A DNA stretch of 14,154 nt from positions 1 through 14,154 of the forward strand of contig CAZQCL010000035.1 of NCBI GenBank assembly GCA_964592435.1. The letters are read 5' to 3'. The first letter of the stretch is position 1, and every line of letters begins with the position of its first letter. Made by a program: the position numbers and the translations under genes. Under the pieces are notes generated by a model that searched no databases, was not told where the DNA came from, and was given only the letters and a program-made list of their open reading frames with translations. Source of the stretch: an uncultured Oscillospiraceae bacterium. Lineage in GTDB: Bacteria; Bacillota; Clostridia; Acetivibrionales; DTU013. Of this stretch, positions 7,518-13,713 are shown one piece after another.

Positions 7518-8543
7518 CTAGTCCTCCAGTCCACGCAGCCCCAGGCTTATACTGACAGAAAAATCCGTTACGCTTTTTAACGGGCTGCTTCTCGCTAAAT
7601 TGCGAGTATCAAGTGCTCTGGTCATATCAATGATTTTCACAGCTACACCGAGATTTTCACTCAGCCTGCTGCTTATATTCGCTCCTGCACCGTAAGCTGT
7701 ATTCATCATGCAGATCTCAATTATTTCGCCTGGGTTCTGGGATATAAAGTATGATATGCTTGAGCCTATCTCATCAACGATATCATTGCTCAGGTGGTTT
7801 GTATTTTCCAAGTCCTGCATTGATGTAAATGCGGCTTCTTCCATGGCCGTGCTTCTATAGATGTTTTCCTCTACCCTGTTGCTCGCCGGATAGATTGTGA
7901 GTATCCTCGCCAATGCCGGCAGCCCATGAGCAAGTATTGCAAATCCCACCTGATCCCTTGTATAGTGAATAATTGCCACCGGTTTGTCTGTCACCTGTCC
8001 TTCTACGCACCTGGTCAATGCAAGGAGCGAAACATCTATGTCCAGCAGCTTCAATCCTGCTTCGTTAACCACTTGCAAAAAGCCCTTAAGCATAGATCGG
8101 CGGGCAGCCACATAAAGAACCTTCACCACGTTGTCGGGCTCTCCCTGCGGCCTTTCCCGCTGCTCGTTCAGTATGACGTAATCCAATTCTACTTCATTTA
8201 CAGGTACGGGCAAAAAGCTCTGAGCATGAAAACGAATGATATTGTCCATCTTCTCCTCAGGTCCTTTGGGAATCAATGCAAATCTGATAAGAACGTCCTG
8301 ATTACTGATCCCGAGCATAATATTTTTGGATTTGAATTTTGACTCGTTCCAAAGCCGTGAGAGTAAATTGCTGAGCATATTTGGGTTGACTACCTTACCA
8401 TCCTTTACCACGCCCTCCGGCAAGTCAATCCTGCTCAGAGCCATCAAAGCCGGCTTTGCAACAGTCCCGCCAACCTCTGCTGCTCTGATCTCATATGCAT
8501 CCATTTCCAATCCAATCACACTTTTTGCTTTAAAAATACCCAT
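7518..8543 (-). CDS. pilM: PilM, actin-like ATPase-fold pilus assembly protein
   Basis: The protein is 341 aa. It has the N-terminal VIGLEMDAYEIRAAEV phosphate-1-like motif and a size and layout typical of PilM. It precedes pilN/pilO. Confidence 0.85.
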   Translation of the reverse strand: MGIFKAKSVIGLEMDAYEIRAAEVGGTVAKPALMALSRIDLPEGVVKDGKVVNPNMLSNLLSRLWNESKFKSKNIMLGISNQDVLIRFALIPKGPEEKMDNIIRFHAQSFLPVPVNEVELDYVILNEQRERPQGEPDNVVKVLYVAARRSMLKGFLQVVNEAGLKLLDIDVSLLALTRCVEGQVTDKPVAIIHYTRDQVGFAILAHGLPALARILTIYPASNRVEENIYRSTAMEEAAFTSMQDLENTNHLSNDIVDEIGSSISYFISQNPGEIIEICMMNTAYGAGANISSRLSENLGVAVKIIDMTRALDTRNLARSSPLKSVTDFSVSISLGLRGLED

Positions 8544-8572
8544 CTTTTTACCAACCTTTATTTTTTCTATTA

Positions 8573-9772
8573 TCAGCCTGATATTACGGTAAATATCGGT
8601 AAATAAAGTGATACAAGCATGCCGCCTACCAGGATTCCCACAAAAATAAGCATTATCGGCTCAATCAATGCCGTTAGCCCCTTGGATGCAGTGGCGACTT
8701 CCTCCTCGTAGAATTCTGCTACCTTATCCAGCAGTGATGAAAGCGAACCGGATTCCTCACCGATAGAGATCATTTGTATGACCATGGGAGGGAACAAACC
8801 GCTTTCGTCCAGCGGTTCTGATATGCTCTTGCCCTCTGTTATCCTGTTGCTGGCTTCGTTAGCGGCTTGCGCCACCATAAGGCTCCCGGATGTGGGCCCG
8901 GAGCTTTCCAGTGCCTGTACTACCGGTATGCCGCCTTCAATAAGTGTTGAAAACGTCCTGCAAAATCTTGCTATGACAGCCTTGTGCAGGAGAGGTCCAA
9001 ATGCCGGAAGCTTAAATTTTATTTTTTCCCAAACCAATTTGCTGCTCTTGCTCCCTGTAAATGCATAAAAGCCGATAAAAATTGCAATAACAGCCAACAG
9101 CCATATATACCAGTGGTTTCTGATGGAGGCGGAAAGATTGAAAATCGCCTTTGTGACACCCGGTATTTCAGAGCCTGCAGGAATAAATCCCTGGAATAAC
9201 GGAACCAGAAAGACCAGCATGGCAAGCATCATAATCAGTGCAAAGGCCAGCACCATCCTCGGATAAAATGTAGCTGATTTTATGCTGTCCGCAAGTGCTT
9301 TGTCCTTCTGGAGCTGTTCTGACAGCCTTATCAAGGATGTATCGAGGGTACCTCCGATTTCGCCTGAATGGATCATCGATATAAACAGCTCAGAAAAAAT
9401 CTTGGGATAGGCGCCGAAGGCATCCGTCAGGTTCATTCCGGCTTCAACGTTGTGGGCAATATTCTCCAGTATATCTCTAAAGGTAGGGTTACCTGTCTGT
9501 CTACTCATTGTGTGCAGTGCAGTAGTAATCGGGATGCCTGCACTAATCATTGCGGCAAGCTGCCTGCTGAAAACGCTCAAATCACCTGTTGTCACTTTCT
9601 TTCCACTGCTGAGGAAGGTGCTTTTTGCCGTTATGCGCGCCTGATTAATGGATGTCACCATCAAATCCATGCTTTTCAGCCTCAATGCTGCCGCTTGAGC
9701 ACTTTCGGCATCCATTTGTCCCTTTACTATATCACCCTGACTGTTCAGGCATTCATAGTTGAACAAGGCCAT
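8573..9772 (-). CDS. pilC: PilC / GspF-family inner-membrane platform protein
   Basis: The ORF spans 8573-9790. The ATG at 9772 (MALFNYECLNSQGDIVKG, a typical PilC N-terminus) is preceded by AAAGGAG with a 7-nt spacer. The ATG at 9790 overlaps the pilT stop and has no RBS. Two T2SSF repeats are present (FSRQLAAMISAGIPITTALHTM and FCRTFSTLIEGGIPVVQALES), along with three hydrophobic TM segments. Confidence 0.92.
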   Translation of the reverse strand: MALFNYECLNSQGDIVKGQMDAESAQAAALRLKSMDLMVTSINQARITAKSTFLSSGKKVTTGDLSVFSRQLAAMISAGIPITTALHTMSRQTGNPTFRDILENIAHNVEAGMNLTDAFGAYPKIFSELFISMIHSGEIGGTLDTSLIRLSEQLQKDKALADSIKSATFYPRMVLAFALIMMLAMLVFLVPLFQGFIPAGSEIPGVTKAIFNLSASIRNHWYIWLLAVIAIFIGFYAFTGSKSSKLVWEKIKFKLPAFGPLLHKAVIARFCRTFSTLIEGGIPVVQALESSGPTSGSLMVAQAANEASNRITEGKSISEPLDESGLFPPMVIQMISIGEESGSLSSLLDKVAEFYEEEVATASKGLTALIEPIMLIFVGILVGGMLVSLYLPIFTVISG

Positions 9773-9786
9773 GGAAGTTCTCCTTT

Positions 9787-10887
9787 TCATCTAATATAGT
9801 ATTTATTCTGTATCTGCCTTTCAAGCTCCTTACTATCGACACTGTACTCAATGGCGCTTTCTCTTGTTATCCTTCCATCGATACACAGTCTTGCCAGTGC
9901 CATATCCATTGTCTGCATTCCAAAGTTTTGTCCTGTTTGTATTGAGTTGTAGAGCTGATGCTCCTTTCCCTCTCTTATAATACTTCGTATTGCCGGTGTA
10001 TCAACCATATACTCTACAGCAGCAACTCTTCCCCTTCCGTCAGTCGTTGGAATCAGCTGCTGCGAAATAACTGCTCTTAACGAATTGGATAGCTGCTGCC
10101 TAATCTGTTCACGCCTGCCGCTTGGGAACACATCAACGATCCTCGATATTGTCAGCGGTGCTGTCTGTGTATGAAGGGTCGAAAAGACCAGATGACCTGT
10201 TTCCGCGGCTGTTAACGCAATAGATATGCTATCCATATCTCTCATTTCACCTATCAGTATTACATCCGGGTCATGCCTGAGTACATGCCGCAGAGCATTT
10301 TCAAAAGAATGGGTATCCATCCCGATTTCACGCTGCCGTACAGTTGACATCTTGTGCTTGTGCAAAAATTCTATCGGATCCTCTATAGTGACAATATTTA
10401 GCTTACGCTCATTGTTCAGCACGTCTATCAAAGCGGCCAGCGTAGTTGATTTGCCGCTCCCCGTAGGACCCGTTACCAGGATTAGCCCTCTTGACAGATC
10501 ACACAGCTTCCTTATTGCCGGTGGCAAGCCAAGGCGTTCAAATACCGGGATCACGTAGGGCACTGCCCTGAACACCGCAGCATAACTGCCTCTTTGCACC
10601 ATAACATTGCCCCTGAACCTTGCCACGCCCATCAAGGAATGTGAAAAATCCAGTTCCCAGTTCTCAGCCAGCTTCTCCCACTGAAGCTGAGAAAGCACGC
10701 CTCCAAGCAGCTCTTCCATGTCCTTGGGCGTAAGTAGGGGAAAATCCTGCCTCTCCACTTCCCCATTTATTCTGATAGAGGGACTGGCTCCCGCTACAAG
10801 GTGCAGGTCAGAGCCTTTCTTTTCCACCGTAAGCTTTAATAATTCATCCAGCGTCGCCGGATAGTTCACATTGTCATCAGTATTCAT
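9787..10887 (-). CDS. pilT: PilT twitching-motility (retraction) ATPase
   Basis: The protein is 366 aa. It has Walker A VTGPTGSGKSTTL, Asp box IVTIEDPIEF, Walker B DPDVILIGEMRD, His box TGHLVFSTLHTQ and the PilT-signature AIRSIIREGKEHQL. It has no N-terminal GspE_N domain and no Cys4 motif. The RBS GGAGAAGGTG lies upstream of the ATG. Confidence 0.93.
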   Translation of the reverse strand: MNTDDNVNYPATLDELLKLTVEKKGSDLHLVAGASPSIRINGEVERQDFPLLTPKDMEELLGGVLSQLQWEKLAENWELDFSHSLMGVARFRGNVMVQRGSYAAVFRAVPYVIPVFERLGLPPAIRKLCDLSRGLILVTGPTGSGKSTTLAALIDVLNNERKLNIVTIEDPIEFLHKHKMSTVRQREIGMDTHSFENALRHVLRHDPDVILIGEMRDMDSISIALTAAETGHLVFSTLHTQTAPLTISRIVDVFPSGRREQIRQQLSNSLRAVISQQLIPTTDGRGRVAAVEYMVDTPAIRSIIREGKEHQLYNSIQTGQNFGMQTMDMALARLCIDGRITRESAIEYSVDSKELERQIQNKYYIR

Positions 10888-10942
10888 TTTCTACACCTTC
10901 TCCGGTGCCGCACCCCATGGCATCATATGCTCCTCACGCCAT

Positions 10943-12397
10943 CTAATCACTGCCGGGGGCATCGATAAGAGCCACCAGATCCTTTATTTTCTGTATGTTT
11001 TCAGGAGTATCCTCCGTCCACAAAATATAGTAAGTGGCGTTGTTTCCCCTGGCAATATCCTCCGAAATTATTATACTGTTCGGTGCTATGCTGAGCATCT
11101 TGCAAATAAGCTCCTTCCTCTTGGTTATGCCAGAATAGTTTTCTGCATAATCTATGGGAGCTTTAATTTTTTGCCCATTCACATCAATTCTGCCAATAGC
11201 TCTGGTCACCGCGGCAATCATGTCATAGGGGCACTTGACAAGCAGCTCATGGGAAAGGGCGGAGGAATTCAAGGTCAATACGCTTACGCCCGGAATATCC
11301 AAAAACTCAATTTTTTCTTTGGCTGTTTCCGGAGAAATGTTTTTCAGTCTATATGTGAAAAACTGTGATTCCGGAGCATTGTCTGTAATGTCCATTTTCT
11401 TAATAATTGTAAGAGCCTCATCTATGGCGCCCTGGCTTCCATACAACCATATAGTCTTCTGAGCGGAACCCACATTCATCATATCAACGTCATAGAACAG
11501 GCCGCCGACAGCTTGAACCAGATTGTCATAGGTCAGATAAGCCATCTTGTGAGAAGCTATCTTATATGATGAACCGGCAGTCGCTGGGACATCGACAATG
11601 GAAATCAGCTTCGCGACATCCTGCTGTGCCTGTTGAGTGCCGTTAATCCATATCAACCCGGAGCTTGTATCGACCCTGAGCGTCTGGACATTCAGTCCAA
11701 GCTCCTTTATCAGCTTTTCAAGCCGATCAGCAGTAATATAAGTAAGATCGAAGGACTTCAGATTCATTTCCGTAGATAGGATCTCACGGTCAAAGTTTTC
11801 AGCCCGGTCGAGGGCCGCAATAACCGAAGAAACCTTTGTCAGCGCTTGAGGCGTCCCCTGGACCCATATGTATTTTTTGCTGTCGCTGAGTACTATTTTT
11901 TTTATTGAGATATCTAAGGTGTCGAGATAGCCGCTCAATTCAGCGGATGTAATATAATTGAGCTTGAAGCGTGTGAGCGCCATCTGGTTGGAAAAGTCCT
12001 TTTGCAGCTTTTCATTGCTGCCGACAATTATGATACCATCGCTATCAATATAATTCAGCTGATTACCATCTGCTGTAGTACTTTGAAGCAATAAGCCCAG
12101 TACTTCCTTCGGCTCCAGGTCTCTGGCTTTGAATGTAATATTGACAGGCTCTTCGAGATAAATAATACTGGTATCCATGCTGATTGCGATAGTAGAAAGA
12201 ACATCTCTGATATCCGCATCAACCATATTTATGGACATTAGACCTCTGCTGCTCTTTTGAACGTCGGCAGCATTCGCAACGTCTGTTTTATCTGCGTACA
12301 CACCCATACTTAATGAGAGCATATAAGCAATGATAAAAACAAAAAACAACGGCCTTTTTAATAGCCTGTAAGCTGTTCTTTTGCAGGCCCTGAACAT
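10943..12397 (-). CDS. secreted protein built only of secretin N-terminal-type domains (N0/STN-like plus five Secretin_N/N1-like repeats); no secretin beta-barrel domain
   Basis: The ORF spans 10943-12415. The TTG at 12415 lacks an RBS, while the ATG at 12397 follows AAGGGGGGA-TCTT. The signal peptide is MFRACKRTAYRLLKRPLFFVFIIAYMLSLSMGVYA|DKT. ORF aa 59-135 (LMSINMVDADIRDVLSTIAISMDTSIIYLEEPVNITFKARDLEPKEVLGLLLQS...IIIVGS) resemble a PilQ/GspD N0 domain. Five repeats of ~60 aa follow (aa 146-487), for example TRFKLNYITSAELSGYLDTL...KKYIWVQGTPQALTKVSSVIAALD, KSFDLTYITADRLEKLIKEL...SGLIWINGTQQAQQDVAKLISIVD and MAYLTYDNLVQAVGGL...KTIWLYGSQGAIDEALTIIKKMD. The protein ends 3 aa after repeat 5. Confidence 0.7.
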   Translation of the reverse strand: MFRACKRTAYRLLKRPLFFVFIIAYMLSLSMGVYADKTDVANAADVQKSSRGLMSINMVDADIRDVLSTIAISMDTSIIYLEEPVNITFKARDLEPKEVLGLLLQSTTADGNQLNYIDSDGIIIVGSNEKLQKDFSNQMALTRFKLNYITSAELSGYLDTLDISIKKIVLSDSKKYIWVQGTPQALTKVSSVIAALDRAENFDREILSTEMNLKSFDLTYITADRLEKLIKELGLNVQTLRVDTSSGLIWINGTQQAQQDVAKLISIVDVPATAGSSYKIASHKMAYLTYDNLVQAVGGLFYDVDMMNVGSAQKTIWLYGSQGAIDEALTIIKKMDITDNAPESQFFTYRLKNISPETAKEKIEFLDIPGVSVLTLNSSALSHELLVKCPYDMIAAVTRAIGRIDVNGQKIKAPIDYAENYSGITKRKELICKMLSIAPNSIIISEDIARGNNATYYILWTEDTPENIQKIKDLVALIDAPGSD

Positions 12398-12450
12398 AAG
12401 ATCCCCCCTTAACAAAATCAGACTGCTGGCTTGGTGCTGTAAGCTAAAAC

Positions 12451-12978
12451 TTACTCCAAGCTAAGCTCTATATCCTTGCCATTGTCCCTGAGCATGACCT
12501 TATCAAAGCTAATGCTGCTGACAATTACCCCGTTATCAAGAACAGCCTTCTCTGTGGCTATGTAGGTTTTTCCTCCAATTTCTAAAACAGCCATGCTGCC
12601 GTTTCCATCAATCACTATACCCGTAAGCTTAACCCGACCGCTAAAGGGATTCTTCACAGAGCCGTCAGATGCCGTCAAACCGGCTTCGTCTGTTGCTCCG
12701 TCGGTTCCGCCGGATATTTTGTCGGATCCGCTAGCTGGTTCGTTGCCGGTTTCCCTTTCAATCTGCGGCAGGACTTCAACCTGGTTTCCCGTCATATCGG
12801 CAGGAGCGTTCTCAACAAGCGCGGGCAGGACCTTATCAACCTGTTCGCCTCCCATGCTTGAGTAGATTATGACAACTAAGATAATTAGAATCACTAATAT
12901 TGGGATAGATATAACCAGCGTTTTATTCTCTTTTATAAATCTTTTCAAATTGCTTTCGCCTGTTTGGTTATCTGCCAT
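12451..12978 (-). CDS. PilP / GspC-HR-like bitopic membrane protein
   Basis: The protein is 175 aa. It has a short cytoplasmic N-terminus, one TM helix (LVISIPILVILIILVVIIY) and an acidic Gly/Thr/Ser-rich linker. The C-terminal domain is KNPFSGRVKLTGIVIDGNGSMAVLEIGGKTYIATEKAVLDNGVIVSSISFDKVMLRDNGKDIELSLE. This matches the (R/N)PF ... L-x-G-I ... A-x-I ... V-x-x-I-x-x-D-x-V-x-L pattern of PilP and the GspC homology region. It sits directly upstream of the secretin-N-like gene. Confidence 0.6.
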   Translation of the reverse strand: MADNQTGESNLKRFIKENKTLVISIPILVILIILVVIIYSSMGGEQVDKVLPALVENAPADMTGNQVEVLPQIERETGNEPASGSDKISGGTDGATDEAGLTASDGSVKNPFSGRVKLTGIVIDGNGSMAVLEIGGKTYIATEKAVLDNGVIVSSISFDKVMLRDNGKDIELSLE

Positions 12979-13010
12979 ATGCGAGCATTTCCTTTCAACA
13001 TAAAAAGCAT

Positions 13011-13080
13011 ATTATATGCATAATTACATAATACCTTAATAAACAACTTTTTTCCACAAGAATCTATAAACTTTTGTCAA
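13011..13080 (-). promoter_or_regulatory. candidate internal promoter region for the PilP-like -> minor-pilin operon
   Basis: These elements are on the minus strand in AT-rich DNA downstream of the pilA terminator. There is a perfect TTGACA (13075-13080) with no matching -10. TGGAAA (13051-13056) is followed by a 17-nt spacer and TATTAT (13028-13033). A perfect TATAAT (13011-13016) has only a weak -35 (TTAAGG). I cannot decide which combination is used. Confidence 0.35.
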
Positions 13081-13156
13081 CAGTTTTTTCGACGCAACTG
13101 GGTGCCTTATCGCCGCGCATTTCCCCAGCGTCTTTCGCACACCTGGAGCTCTGTAT

Positions 13157-13191
13157 ATCCAAAAGAGCCAACAGAAATAATTTGCTGGCTC
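13157..13191 (-). terminator. rho-independent terminator/attenuator after pilA
   Basis: The minus-strand RNA reads GAGCCAGCA-AAUUAUUUC-UGUUGGCUC (9-bp stem with one G-U pair, plus coordinates 13165-13191) followed by UUUUGG. It lies about 30 nt after the pilA stop. The U-tract is only 4 nt, so partial read-through is plausible. Confidence 0.55.
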
Positions 13192-13223
13192 CCTGATAAG
13201 CTTTGGCCTTTCGGTATGGAATA

Positions 13224-13577
13224 TTAAGGTAACTCGTGATCGCTTTTACTGCATGTTACATGTGCCGAAGCAGTAGTTGTCGCTGGATGAAATGTGTATG
13301 TGCCGCCGCTCGGGCAAGTAGGTTCTTTAGCCAAATAACCAGGAACAAGGTCAGCAATGCTTGTTGCATCAGCCGTTTCAGAAGCATCGTGCTGCTGTAT
13401 TGCACCATTAATAGTCCTCAGGTTAGCACAACAGGCATTTTCTTCTGCCTGGGCCTGTGAATTGTTATATACCGGAATTGCAATGGCCACCAAAATGCCG
13501 ATGATTGCTACAACAACCATCAACTCTACAAGTGTAAAGCCCTTTTTGTTGTTCTTTTTCATAAACAATTTAAACAT
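13224..13577 (-). CDS. pilA: major type IV pilin (prepilin-type N-terminal cleavage/methylation domain)
   Basis: The ORF spans 13224-13592. The GTG at 13592 lies within the RBS, and the ATG at 13577 is preceded by GGAGGGG with a 6-nt spacer. The leader MFKLFMKKNNKKG is followed by FTLVELMVVVAIIGILVAIAIPVY (class III signal, Glu5). The mature protein is small (~104 aa) with a C-terminal CPSGGTYTF...VTC loop. The gene is first in the cluster and has its own promoter and terminator. Confidence 0.9.
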   Translation of the reverse strand: MFKLFMKKNNKKGFTLVELMVVVAIIGILVAIAIPVYNNSQAQAEENACCANLRTINGAIQQHDASETADATSIADLVPGYLAKEPTCPSGGTYTFHPATTTASAHVTCSKSDHELP

Positions 13578-13635
13578 TTCATTCCCCTCCACATATAAAA
13601 GTTTCTTATATACATATGACCAATTGATTAATTCT

Positions 13636-13664
13636 ATATTATACTACTGGAAACCTTTTGTAAA
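13636..13664 (-). promoter_or_regulatory. candidate sigma-A-type promoter of pilA
   Basis: The minus strand reads TTTACA (13659-13664) ... TATAAT (13638-13643, 15-nt spacer). The overlapping TAATAT sits at the canonical 17-nt spacing. The element lies about 60 nt upstream of the pilA ATG in an AT-rich intergenic region. Confidence 0.45.
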
Positions 13665-13689
13665 TATGCTTTTATAAAAATTTACAAAA
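13656..13689. promoter_or_regulatory. perfect 10-bp inverted repeat (TTTTGTAAAT-N14-ATTTACAAAA) overlapping the pilA -35 region; candidate operator
   Basis: I read this directly: 13656-13665 is the exact reverse complement of 13680-13689, and the spacer is 14 nt (atgcttttataaaa). Only one G-C pair is present, so it is a poor RNA terminator and more likely a dimeric-regulator binding site. Confidence 0.4.
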
Positions 13690-13713
13690 CGGTACAGCAT
13701 ATACAATATTTCG

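Noticed and set aside
11896-11903. An A8/T8 homopolymer inside the secretin-N gene (codons for IKKI), considered as a slipped-strand phase-variation tract.
   Set aside because: The tract is short for phase variation, and similar A6-A7 runs occur in several other genes here. The frame is intact.
13578-13592. ORF-track upstream starts: GTG 13592 (pilA), GTG 4622 (PilV-like), TTG 12415 (secretin-N protein), ATG 9790 (pilC) and ATG 2522 (PilW-like).
   Set aside because: In each case the upstream codon lies inside or immediately next to the GGAGG-type RBS. That RBS is correctly spaced (5-7 nt) for the next in-frame ATG, and the shorter products give typical N-termini (leader peptides, MALFNY for PilC, a signal peptide).
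12979-13713. A c-di-GMP riboswitch (GEMM-I/II) in the pilA upstream or downstream leader, as is known upstream of a Clostridioides difficile pilin operon.
   Set aside because: The pilA upstream region is only 136 nt of A/T-rich DNA. The downstream spacer has CCGAAAGG and GACGC fragments, but I could not assemble the conserved GEMM P1/P2 architecture or the tetraloop-receptor arrangement by eye. An Infernal scan would be needed to overturn this.
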